Below, in pieces: positions 9,170 through 18,023 of a stretch of DNA of 63,700 nucleotides. The translations under genes and the position numbers were made by a program. The stretch is from an uncultured Maritimibacter sp. GTDB lineage: Bacteria; Pseudomonadota; Alphaproteobacteria; Rhodobacterales; Rhodobacteraceae. A model generated the notes under the pieces. The model had not been told where the DNA came from, did no database searches, and saw only the letters and a program-made list of their open reading frames with translations. The number at the start of each line of letters is the position of its first letter. Position 1 is the stretch's first letter. The stretch is taken from NCBI GenBank assembly GCA_964352155.1, contig CAYGRI010000001.1:1-63700 (forward strand), in the 5' to 3' direction.

Positions 9170-10692
9170 GCGCGCACCCAGCGGTTCACCCAGACCTCCG
9201 CCGCGCGCCGTCCACCGCGCCACAGCTCTGCGCGCAATTCGGCAAAGCGCACATCGCCGATCAGAGTCAGGTCCAGCCGCATGCCGCCGGTCGCCGGATT
9301 GCGATGCAGCACCGCGCCAGAGATCGCCCCGGCGCTGGTCGTCACCCGCGTCTCGATCCGCGAGGGGTCATCGCCCAGCGCGGGATGCGGGCCATAGTCG
9401 ACGGCGAACAGCCGCCCCGCCTCGAATACCCGCGCGCCGGTGCTGGTGGCGATGACGGGCGCCACCGTCCCCTCGTCGGGCGCGGCGCTGCCCCAGTACA
9501 GGCGATAGTCGAACCGGTGCTCCTGCCCGGCCGCCAGGGCCGTGGCAGGCCGCCAGAAGGCGACGATATTGTCGTTGATCTCGCGGTCGGTGGGAATTTC
9601 GACAAGAATCACAGAGCCGCCGCCCCAATCGCCCTGCGGTTCGACCCAAAGCGAGGGGCGCCGGTCATAGCGTGCTTCCAGATCGTCATAGTCGCTAAGG
9701 TCGCGGGCCCGCTGCATCAGGCCGAACCCGCGCGGAGAGGTGTCGCCAAAGGCGCTGATCTGCAGGGTAGGCGGATTGTTGAGGGGGCGCCACAGCGTCT
9801 CGCCGTTGCCGTTCATCATCAGCAGCCCGTCGCTGTCATGCACCGCCTCGCGGAAATCGTCAAAGCGCGGGCGGTTGATGTCGCTGAACAGGAACATCGA
9901 GGTGCCGGGCGCGATGCCCACCGTGGGCAGGTCGACGCGGGGGAACAGCCGGGCACTGACGGTCATCCGCGTCGTGTCGCCCTTGGCGATGGTAAAGCTG
10001 TAGGCTCCCGCGACCGAGGGGCTGTCCAGCAGCGCATGCACCGTCACCTCTGACGCGCCGGGCGGGGCGGCCTCGATCCAGAAGTCGCGGAAGACCGGAA
10101 ACTCCTCGCCCCCCGGTTCGGCGGTGTTCAACGCCAGGCCACGGGCCGAGATACCGTAGCCATGGCCGCGCCCGATGGCCCGGAAATAGCTGGCGCCCTG
10201 GAACACGGCGTACTCCTGAAACCGCCCCTCCGCCTCCAACTCTCCCCGCAGGCGGAACCCGGAAAAGCCCGTGTCCTGGGCGGGCAGGTCCGGGAAGCGG
10301 TCGGTGCGGGCGAAGGCGCCCAGGTCGAACAGGACGGGGCGGGCCGTGCCCCCTTCGACCACGTTGATGGTGATCTTGTGGCTGAAGTACAGCCCGGCCA
10401 CGAACAGATCCGCATGGACGGCGCTTTCGGTGCCGCGGAACAGCGCATTGCGCGGGTCAAACCAGATGCCGCGAAACGTGTCATAGCTCAGGCCGCGCCA
10501 GGCGGCACCGACTGCGGGCGGCGCGGTGTAGGCGCGCGCGGCGAGGGCGCGGGCGTGGGCGGCAACGGTTTCGGCATCGAAGGGCGCAGGCTGGCCAAGC
10601 TCCATCCCCGCAAAGGCCCCGGTCGGCGCACCGCCAAGCGCGGCCAGCCCGCCCATCAGCGCCAGCGTCTGGCGGCGGGTCAACCCGCTCAT
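9166..10692 (-). CDS. opgG: Periplasmic glucan biosynthesis protein OpgG/OpgD family, Tat signal, copy 1
   Basis: TRRQTL twin-arginine leader; FQGASYFRA, YGISARGLA, EEFP, HDSDGL, WRPLNNP, EINDNIVAFW. Confidence 0.92.
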   Translation of the reverse strand: MSGLTRRQTLALMGGLAALGGAPTGAFAGMELGQPAPFDAETVAAHARALAARAYTAPPAVGAAWRGLSYDTFRGIWFDPRNALFRGTESAVHADLFVAGLYFSHKITINVVEGGTARPVLFDLGAFARTDRFPDLPAQDTGFSGFRLRGELEAEGRFQEYAVFQGASYFRAIGRGHGYGISARGLALNTAEPGGEEFPVFRDFWIEAAPPGASEVTVHALLDSPSVAGAYSFTIAKGDTTRMTVSARLFPRVDLPTVGIAPGTSMFLFSDINRPRFDDFREAVHDSDGLLMMNGNGETLWRPLNNPPTLQISAFGDTSPRGFGLMQRARDLSDYDDLEARYDRRPSLWVEPQGDWGGGSVILVEIPTDREINDNIVAFWRPATALAAGQEHRFDYRLYWGSAAPDEGTVAPVIATSTGARVFEAGRLFAVDYGPHPALGDDPSRIETRVTTSAGAISGAVLHRNPATGGMRLDLTLIGDVRFAELRAELWRGGRRAAEVWVNRWVRA

Positions 10693-11882
10693 GACCGGAC
10701 CGCCTGGGCGGGGGCGCCGCTAGGGACGGTGGCGGATTGCGGTCGCTTGATCGCCTGTTTCCAGGGTTTTGCCTTGAAATAGGCCGCCCCCCGCGCCACC
10801 CCGATTATGATCGCAAAGCCCGCGAGGTTCACCGCCAGCGCCGCCAGCGGACCGCCCCCCGCGAGGTTGAGGAACGCGCCCAGAACCCGCGCCATCACCA
10901 TGGAGGCCGCAAAGACCGCAAGCGATTGCTGGCCCACCTGCGACACCGCGGCGATGACCTTGCCCGCCAGGCCCGTGCGGTGCAGCCGCACCCCGCGCGC
11001 GCCCACGGCCACCCAGGCCAGATAGGCCAGCGCCAGGAAGTGGATATAGCGCAGCACGCCGAAATCGGACTTGTCGAACAGAAAAGACCAGTCGCCGCGC
11101 CACTCCCGCACGAACTCTGACGCCCGGATGATCTTGTACCAGGCGAAGGGCACCGACAGCACCACGATCAGGATCGCGAGGATTACCAGCCAGCGGCGCA
11201 CCGGCGGCGCGGGCAGCCAGCCCGACATCAGGGCGAACCCCGTGAAGAACACCAATTGCCAGGCGAAGGGGTTGAAGAACCACATCCGCTTTGACCCGGT
11301 CGAGAACCACAGCTCCGCCGGCAGGTTCAGCCCGGAGGAGGCCGCGATCCACAGGGCCAGGCTGAACGCAAAGGCCAGCCGCACATCCAGACTGGCCAGG
11401 GCGATCATCACCGGAATCAGCGCCAGAATCACCAGATACATCGGCAGAATGTCAAAGTAATTGGGCACATAGGTCAGCGTCAGCAGACCGATCACATTGC
11501 CTTCGGGGTTGTTCAGGAACGGATACAGGTTCAGCGCGCCGACCTCGTTGCGCGGAAAGATCTGCGTGGCGTTCAGCACCAGCATCAGGAACAGCGTGAC
11601 AAAGAACACGCCCAGATGCACCCAGTAGACCTGCCAGACCCGAAAGGCGATCGACATCGTGCCCATCAGCCAGCCCGCGCGCGCGAACACCGCGCCAAAG
11701 GCCAGCGCCGACGCCATGCCCGAGCAGAAGACGAACATCTCTGTCGCATCCGAAAAGCCGAAGCGCGCCGGGATCCACAGGGTCCAGGGGTTGGCGGTGA
11801 CATGGGCGATCAGGATGATGAACATGCCCACGCCCCGAAAGAAGTCGAGCCTTGGGTCTCGGGGCCGTTTTGCCACTGTCAT
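10689..11882 (-). CDS. opgC: OpgC-domain membrane acyl(succinyl)transferase
   Basis: RDPRLDFFRG, FGFSDATEMFVFCSG, DILPMY, FNPFAWQ, GQQSL; multi-TM. Confidence 0.9.
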   Translation of the reverse strand: MTVAKRPRDPRLDFFRGVGMFIILIAHVTANPWTLWIPARFGFSDATEMFVFCSGMASALAFGAVFARAGWLMGTMSIAFRVWQVYWVHLGVFFVTLFLMLVLNATQIFPRNEVGALNLYPFLNNPEGNVIGLLTLTYVPNYFDILPMYLVILALIPVMIALASLDVRLAFAFSLALWIAASSGLNLPAELWFSTGSKRMWFFNPFAWQLVFFTGFALMSGWLPAPPVRRWLVILAILIVVLSVPFAWYKIIRASEFVREWRGDWSFLFDKSDFGVLRYIHFLALAYLAWVAVGARGVRLHRTGLAGKVIAAVSQVGQQSLAVFAASMVMARVLGAFLNLAGGGPLAALAVNLAGFAIIIGVARGAAYFKAKPWKQAIKRPQSATVPSGAPAQAVRS

Positions 11883-11883
11883 C

Positions 11884-13221
11884 TCAGACCACCTGCATCC
11901 GCGCGTCATCGATCAGCGACAGCCGCGCATCGGCATAGCCATCCAGCGCGCCGCCGCGCCGGGAGAGGCGGTCATGCAGCAAGCCCGCGGCGGTGTCCAT
12001 ATAGCCGCTGCGCATGGCGGCCTCGATCGTGATCCGGTCAAAGATGTCGCGCTGGGCATGGCTGCCGCCCAGGGATTGCAGGCCGTCCCGCCCCGCGCGC
12101 AGATGCACCCATGCGGTGGAATATTCCCCGCTGGCAAAGGCGTGCAGGCCCTTGGCCACATGCAGACCGGGATGGGCGATCACGCTTTGCGCCTCGTCCG
12201 GCACGGACCGCGCCGCCTGCATCCGGGCGATCAGGCGGGTGGCTGCCGCGTCCCGCGCGCCGCCGCACAGCGCCAGCATGTAATGCAGATCGGCGAAAGC
12301 CAGGCAGCCGTCGGTGGCGCGATGTTCAGCCAGCGCCGCCAGCTCCTCCCACCGATCGCCCACCGCCACGCCCTCAAGCTCCAGCCGCGACAACAGCGAG
12401 GCGGCGTTCGAGATGTCGCGGTAATCGTCGGTCTTCTCGGCCCGGATCTCGGCATCGTATTGCGCCAGGGCGATGTCGTATTCGCCCAGATCCAGATGCA
12501 TCAGCGCCCGGTGCCACCAGACATGGAAGCGGAAGTTGTTGCAATGCGCCCAGGAGTCTTCGCGCCCGCTCAGCCAGTCCAGCCCCTCGCGCGCCCGGCC
12601 TGTCATGTCGAACACATGCGCCACCGCGTGCAGGCCCCAGGCGTCATCGGGGGTCAGCGCCACGCCCGCGCGCCCGCTGTGTTCGGCGGCGGCATAGGCG
12701 CCGGTTTCCTCCAGCGTGAAGGCGTGGCAGCCCAGCAGATAGCCGCGGGCCGGGTGATCGTCCCAGGCGTCCAGCACCCCCTCGACCGAGGCGCGCATGG
12801 CCTTTGGACGGCCCATGATGAAATGGATCGCCTGAACCATCTTCATCGCCAGCGCATCGCGCGGATGGAGCGACAGGATTGTCTGCAACCGCGCGGCGGC
12901 CCGGCTGGGGCGCCCGTCCAGCCAGTCGCCCAGCGCGTGGACAAAGCCGATCTCGCGCCCGGTGGCCGGGGCGCCTGTCATTGCGGCGGCATGCGCCTCG
13001 CGCGCGATGGGCACCATTTCCGACTTGGCCAGAAGCAGGCAGGACAGCCCCCGGATCGCCTGACCCAGCGCGAAATCCGGCGCGGCGGCCAGCACCGCGT
13101 TCAGCTCCGGCCCGGTGGCGGCGGCATGGGACAAGACCCCGTGGATGACCCGGTTCCAAGCCTCTATCTGCGCGGCAGGCAGCGAGGTTGGCATTCCACT
13201 CAGGTCATCGGATACGGGCAT
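11884..13221 (-). CDS. Tetratricopeptide repeat protein 38 (TTC38)-like protein
   Basis: AFTLEETG, DAWGLHAVAHVFDM, HVWWHRAL, ASLLSRLE and LGGSHAQRD motifs. Confidence 0.85.
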   Translation of the reverse strand: MPVSDDLSGMPTSLPAAQIEAWNRVIHGVLSHAAATGPELNAVLAAAPDFALGQAIRGLSCLLLAKSEMVPIAREAHAAAMTGAPATGREIGFVHALGDWLDGRPSRAAARLQTILSLHPRDALAMKMVQAIHFIMGRPKAMRASVEGVLDAWDDHPARGYLLGCHAFTLEETGAYAAAEHSGRAGVALTPDDAWGLHAVAHVFDMTGRAREGLDWLSGREDSWAHCNNFRFHVWWHRALMHLDLGEYDIALAQYDAEIRAEKTDDYRDISNAASLLSRLELEGVAVGDRWEELAALAEHRATDGCLAFADLHYMLALCGGARDAAATRLIARMQAARSVPDEAQSVIAHPGLHVAKGLHAFASGEYSTAWVHLRAGRDGLQSLGGSHAQRDIFDRITIEAAMRSGYMDTAAGLLHDRLSRRGGALDGYADARLSLIDDARMQVV

Positions 13222-13278
13222 GATCTTACCTTTCAACGGGGCCGGTCGCGCGCATTGAAATGCGGCATCATTGTGCCG

Positions 13279-13304
13279 TTCGGTACGACCTATGGCTGCG
13301 TTAC
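13279..13304 (-). promoter_or_regulatory. ECF (SigF-type) promoter of the TTC38-opgC-opgG-opgH-esterase operon
   Basis: Minus strand GTAACG-CAGCCATAGGTCGTAC(N16)-CGAA, about 57 nt upstream of the ATG. Confidence 0.7.
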
Positions 13305-13364
13305 GGCGAAACCCGGTCTAGATGCCGTGCTCACGCGGACGTGACCAATTGCGAGGTATCTGCC

Positions 13365-14990
13365 TCAAAAAGCGCCATCATAGGCGCGGCGGGGGATGCG
13401 CGCGGCGATCACAGTGAAATGGTCGCGCTGCAGCGCCTCGGCGCAGGCGTGGGCCAGGGCCCCGGTATCGGTCACCTCGACGCCGTGGCCGCCGAAGGCC
13501 TTGGCGAGGGCCACGAAATCGGTTCCCTTGCCCGTGCCGCCGAAATCCACGCCCAGATTGGGGCGCTGTGTGCCGCGTTGCTTCAACTCGATCAGCGCGA
13601 GGCTGTCGTCCACCAGCACGCAGATCACGACGGGCAGACCTTCGGCGGAGAGGGTGGCGAGTTCGCCCGCCCCCATCTCCAGCCCCGCGTCGCCCACGAC
13701 CGCGAGCACCGGCGCGGCGGGACGGCCCAGCTTGGCCCCCGCCGCGAGCGGCACGGCGCAGGCCATGGTGCATAGGCCCGAGGATTGCAAGATGGCATGG
13801 GGTGCCTCGCTGGCCCACATCTGGCTGAACAGAATGCGGTGCGCGCCGCTGTCGGCGGTGGCAACCGTGCCCGGCGGCAGCGCCTGGCGCAGGGTGGCGA
13901 AGACCTGATGCGGCCCCCAGTGATCCGGCACGGCAAAGGCTTCGCCAAGCGCGGCGCGCGCCGTGGCGGGCGCGCCGTCGGGCCAGCGCGGCGGGGCGGG
14001 ATGGGCGAGCTTGGGCAGAGTTTCCGCCAGATTGCCCGACAGCATATGGTCGACGCGGTGCATCCCGTGGGTGCGTTGAACCGGCGCAATCTCGATCACC
14101 GTCTGGGCGTCGGTCCAGGGATGGCGCCAACCCACCCGCATCTCGATCGGATCATATCCCAGCAAGAGGATGCAGTCGGCCTTGGCGATCAGCGGCAGCA
14201 GGATCCGGTCCGCCTTGGGCGACAGGCCGGCGGCCCCCAGACAGAGCGCGTCGCCCTCGTCCATCAGGCCCTTGCCCTTGTAGGTGGTGATCAGCGGGAT
14301 CGCATGCTGCTGGCAAAAGTCAGCAATGGCTTTGGCGGCATTTTCATTCACCGCGTCGACCCCGGCGATGGCCAGCGGGCGCTGGGCGCTTTCCAGTCGC
14401 GCCAAGGCAGCGGCCAGCGTTGCGGAGGCAGGGAGGCCGGGCATCGCCACTCTCGGAAGGGGGGCGGGCCCTTCGTCGGTCATCGCCTCGGCCACGCTGA
14501 TCGGCACGTCCACATGCACCGGGCCCGGCTGACCCGAGGTGGCAAGGGCGACGGCCTTGGCAATGCCCGCGCCCACCGCGCCGGGGGCAAGGCGGAAACT
14601 GCCCTTGACCACGGGCCGCAACATGGCTTGGTGGTCGAAGACCTGATGGGTATAGGTTTCTGCCTCGGCGGCATCGACGCAGCCGGTCAGAAAGATCAGC
14701 GGAACGCGGTCTTGCATGGCGTTCGCCACGACATTCACCGCATTCGCCACGCCGGGGCCGAGCGTGGCGACCAGAACCGGCAGGGCGCCGGTCATATGCC
14801 ACAGCCCCTCTGCCATAAAGCCGCCGCCGTTCTCGTGCTTGACCAGCACGAAGCGCAGCCCGGCGCCGTCCAGCCCCTGCATCACGGCCAGAACCTCGCC
14901 CCCGGGGATGCCGAAGGCATGGGTGGCCCCGGCGCGGGCCAGCGCCTCGCCGATGATGTCCCCGCCGGTGCGGCTTTGTGCGTCGGTCAT
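13365..14990 (-). CDS. Thiamine pyrophosphate-binding enzyme (acetolactate synthase-like superfamily)
   Basis: FGIPGGE, KHENGGGFMA, TLGPGVAN, PGPVHVDVP, GDAG ThDP motif. Confidence 0.88.
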   Translation of the reverse strand: MTDAQSRTGGDIIGEALARAGATHAFGIPGGEVLAVMQGLDGAGLRFVLVKHENGGGFMAEGLWHMTGALPVLVATLGPGVANAVNVVANAMQDRVPLIFLTGCVDAAEAETYTHQVFDHQAMLRPVVKGSFRLAPGAVGAGIAKAVALATSGQPGPVHVDVPISVAEAMTDEGPAPLPRVAMPGLPASATLAAALARLESAQRPLAIAGVDAVNENAAKAIADFCQQHAIPLITTYKGKGLMDEGDALCLGAAGLSPKADRILLPLIAKADCILLLGYDPIEMRVGWRHPWTDAQTVIEIAPVQRTHGMHRVDHMLSGNLAETLPKLAHPAPPRWPDGAPATARAALGEAFAVPDHWGPHQVFATLRQALPPGTVATADSGAHRILFSQMWASEAPHAILQSSGLCTMACAVPLAAGAKLGRPAAPVLAVVGDAGLEMGAGELATLSAEGLPVVICVLVDDSLALIELKQRGTQRPNLGVDFGGTGKGTDFVALAKAFGGHGVEVTDTGALAHACAEALQRDHFTVIAARIPRRAYDGAF

Positions 14991-16261
14991 ATGTCCACTA
15001 CCCCGTCGATCACGCCTGCCGCCTTGAGCGCCCGAAGATCGCCCGGCTGCAGGCCCAGATGGCGCGCCAGAACCGCGCCGGTGTCGGCGCCCAGCATCGG
15101 CGGCGCCTTGGTATAGGTGACAGGGGTCTGCGACAGGTGCAACGGGTTGCCGATCAGATCGACGCTGCCATCGGCGGCGGCCGGATGAGGCAGGCGCAGC
15201 CGCATCCCGCGCGCGGCAACCTGCGGGCTGTCAAAGATCTGCTCCAGATCGTTGACCGGCCCGGCGGGGACCGTCTGCTCGGCGCAAATCGCCAGCCAGT
15301 CGGCGGTGCTGCGCCCTTCGGTCAGCGCGGCCAGAAGCGGCAGCAGCACATCGCGGTTGCGCACCCTGGCGGCATTGGTGGCAAAGCGCGCATCGGAAGA
15401 CAGCCCCGGCGCCCCTGCCGCCGCGACAAAGCGCGCGAATTGCGCATCGTTACCCACGGCGAGGATAAAGCTGCCGTCACTGGCGGGGAACGTGCCATAG
15501 GGCACGATGGTGGGATGATCGTTGCCCCGGCGCGGCGGCACCCGGCCATCCGTCAGATAGCCCACGCCCTGATTGATCAGCATCGCCACCTGCGCATCCA
15601 TCAGCGCGATGTCGATATGTTGCCCCCGGCCCGAGCCATGGCGCGCCTCGATCGCGGCGAGAATGCCCACAGCCGCATACATGCCGCACAAGACATCGGC
15701 GATGCCCACGCCCGCCTTCAGGGGCGGGCCATCTGCCTCTCCGGTCAGGCTCATCAGCCCGCCTTCGCCCTGTACGAGAAAATCATAGCCCGCGCGGTCG
15801 GCATTCGGGCCGGTCTGGCCGAAGCCGGTGATCGAGCAATAGACCAGTCGTGGATTGAGCCGCTGCAAGTTAGGATAATCAAGGCCATAGCGCGCCAGAT
15901 CGCCAGGCTTGAAGTTTTCGACCAGCACGTCGGCCTGCGCCACCAGCGCCTTGACAAGGTCCTGCCCGCGCGGATCGGCGATGTTGATGGCGGCGGAATG
16001 CTTGCCGCGGTTCGCCGACAGGAAATAGGCGCTTTCGCCGGTCTCGGCCCCGTCGGCACCGGGGACAAAGGGCGGCCCCCAGCCGCGGGTGTCGTCGCCC
16101 TTGCCGGGCCGTTCGATCTTGATCACCTCGGCCCCCAGATCGGCGAGCAATTGCGTCGCGGTGGGGCCGGCCAGGATGCGCGACAGATCGACGATACGCA
16201 GGCCCGAAAGGGCCTGCGCGCGGCTGCCGGTTTGTCCGGTCGCGGAATGTGTCCCGGTCAC
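14987..16261 (-). CDS. CaiB/BaiF (class III) CoA-transferase
   Basis: DLSRILAGP, LADLGAEVIKIE, NRGKHS, VENFKPG, SITGFGQTGP, GYD. Confidence 0.92.
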   Translation of the reverse strand: MTGTHSATGQTGSRAQALSGLRIVDLSRILAGPTATQLLADLGAEVIKIERPGKGDDTRGWGPPFVPGADGAETGESAYFLSANRGKHSAAINIADPRGQDLVKALVAQADVLVENFKPGDLARYGLDYPNLQRLNPRLVYCSITGFGQTGPNADRAGYDFLVQGEGGLMSLTGEADGPPLKAGVGIADVLCGMYAAVGILAAIEARHGSGRGQHIDIALMDAQVAMLINQGVGYLTDGRVPPRRGNDHPTIVPYGTFPASDGSFILAVGNDAQFARFVAAAGAPGLSSDARFATNAARVRNRDVLLPLLAALTEGRSTADWLAICAEQTVPAGPVNDLEQIFDSPQVAARGMRLRLPHPAAADGSVDLIGNPLHLSQTPVTYTKAPPMLGADTGAVLARHLGLQPGDLRALKAAGVIDGVVDI

Positions 16262-16265
16262 GGTG

Positions 16266-16787
16266 TCAATTCGTGACAGGCGCCGGCGAGGTGAACTGCG
16301 GGATCGCCATTTCCGAGGCCGGCGTCGGCTCCAGCGGGACCCAGTTCACCTCCGCGGTTTGCAGGTTGCCGGGGATGTCCTCTTCCCAGAAGGTCACCAC
16401 ATTCTTGGTGATGTTAAGGTACAGCTTGTCATCGACAATGCGCCACAGCGTCGGGTTGCCGGGCACCTTGCCGCCCTTCGCCACGCCATAGGCGCAATGC
16501 CCGTCATATTGCGGGGCATAGGTCGCCGGGTCGGCAAGGAATCGGTCGCGGTTCGCCTCGGTCGCAAAGGCGAACCGGGCACCGTTGTAATCGGCCGTGA
16601 TGCTGGCGAGCCCGGGCAGGGGGCTTTGCTGGGGCTGCCCGACCTCGGATTGCGGCAGGTCGAAATAGGACACGACATCGTAGCCTGACACGGCAAAGCC
16701 GGTGCCATCGACATATTGCTCGCCCGCGAAGGCGGTGCCTGCAAACCCGGCAAGAAACGCGACGGCAAGAGCGGTGTTACGAAACAT
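16266..16787 (-). CDS. Exported YHS-domain (seleno)protein family member, Cys form
   Basis: Signal peptide; GYDVVSYF, FATEANRDRFLADP..YAPQYDGHCAYG, IVDDKLYLN; codon is TGC, not TGA. Confidence 0.85.
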   Translation of the reverse strand: MFRNTALAVAFLAGFAGTAFAGEQYVDGTGFAVSGYDVVSYFDLPQSEVGQPQQSPLPGLASITADYNGARFAFATEANRDRFLADPATYAPQYDGHCAYGVAKGGKVPGNPTLWRIVDDKLYLNITKNVVTFWEEDIPGNLQTAEVNWVPLEPTPASEMAIPQFTSPAPVTN

Positions 16788-16822
16788 TTGGACTGTATCC
16801 TCCATGAGTTGACAGCCGTCCC

Positions 16823-16848
16823 TTCGTGCGGCCGGGCCGGGGCGTTAC
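16823..16848 (-). promoter_or_regulatory. ECF (SigF-type) promoter of the YHS-CoA transferase-ThDP enzyme operon
   Basis: Minus strand GTAACG-CCCCGGCCCGGCCGCA(N16)-CGAA, followed by GGAGG RBS and ATG. Confidence 0.7.
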
Positions 16849-17003
16849 CGATCCGACCGCCATATCGCGACTTCGTGATACAAGGCCCGTCCTGGGCGGC
16901 GGCCAATCACAAATACGAGACCTCACGCGGGTTTGCCGGAACTGCGCCGCTGGCGATGCTATCACCCTGGCACCCGCCTGCCCCGACACACAAGGAACAT
17001 GCC

Positions 17004-18023
17004 ATGCACAGACGCCATCTGCTTGGGCTGACCCTCGCAGCGGTGGCCCTCGCCGCGCCGGTGCCGGCCCAGATGGCGTCCAGCCCCGGCGGGACCGCGC
17101 CTGCCACGCCCGACTCCGCGGTAGGCTTGGACCAGGGCGCGCTGTCGCCGCTTGTCAGCGCCGCCGAACTGGCTATGGTTTTGGGGCAGGGCGCGCCGCT
17201 GATACTCGACATCCGCGCGCGCGGGACGCCGGATCGCGCGGGCACCTATGCGGCAGGGCATATCGCCGGGGCGATCAGCGCGCCCTATGCCTTGTTTCGC
17301 GGCCCCCGTGACAACCCCGGTCGGCTTCCGTCCGAGGCAGATCTGACGCGGATCCTGCAATCCTTGGGGGTCACGGCGGAACGGCCCACGGTGATTGTCC
17401 ATCAGGGCCGGGATGCCACCGACTTTGGCGCTGCCGCGCGGGTCTACTGGACGCTACGGTCCAGCGGCGCCCGGAATCTGGCCATCCTGAACGGCGGGAT
17501 CACGGCCTGGGTCGCGGCGGGGCTTGCACTGGATGCCACGCCGGTCACGCCCGCACCCAGCACCTTCGCGGTCGCATTCTCTGACCGTTGGCTGGCGACA
17601 GAGGCCGAGGTGCTGGCCGTTGTCGAAGGCGCGGCGAAGGCCACTTTGATCGATGCACGGCCCGAGGCGTTCTGGAAGGGCCGCGCGATGCATGGCGCGG
17701 CGGCGCGCCCCGGGACTTTGCCGCAATCACAGCTTTTCACCCATTCCAACTGGTTCAATGGCGGCCCGGCCATCGTCGACGCGGCCGCCGCCCGCGCCCT
17801 GGCAGAGCGCGCCGGGTATACCGACGATGCCGGTCTGATCTCGTTCTGCAACACCGGGCATTGGGCGGCGACCAATTGGTTCGCGCTCAGCGAGCTGGCC
17901 GGGATCGACAATGTCCGGCTGTATCCCGAGTCGATGGTGGGCTGGTCGAATGCGGGCCACGCCATGGCCAATGTGCCCGGCCCGGTGCGCCGCGTCTGGC
18001 AGCAGATCACCGATGCCTTCTGA
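17004..18023 (+). CDS. Exported tandem-rhodanese sulfurtransferase
   Basis: MHRRHLL Tat-like leader; LDIR..YAAGHIAGA, AARVYWTL, ILNGG, IDARP, active site FCNTGHWA, LYPESM. Confidence 0.88.
   Translation: MHRRHLLGLTLAAVALAAPVPAQMASSPGGTAPATPDSAVGLDQGALSPLVSAAELAMVLGQGAPLILDIRARGTPDRAGTYAAGHIAGAISAPYALFRGPRDNPGRLPSEADLTRILQSLGVTAERPTVIVHQGRDATDFGAAARVYWTLRSSGARNLAILNGGITAWVAAGLALDATPVTPAPSTFAVAFSDRWLATEAEVLAVVEGAAKATLIDARPEAFWKGRAMHGAAARPGTLPQSQLFTHSNWFNGGPAIVDAAAARALAERAGYTDDAGLISFCNTGHWAATNWFALSELAGIDNVRLYPESMVGWSNAGHAMANVPGPVRRVWQQITDAF

Noticed and set aside
16266-16787. Selenocysteine in the YHS protein
   Set aside because: The conserved position is TGC (Cys); there is no in-frame TGA
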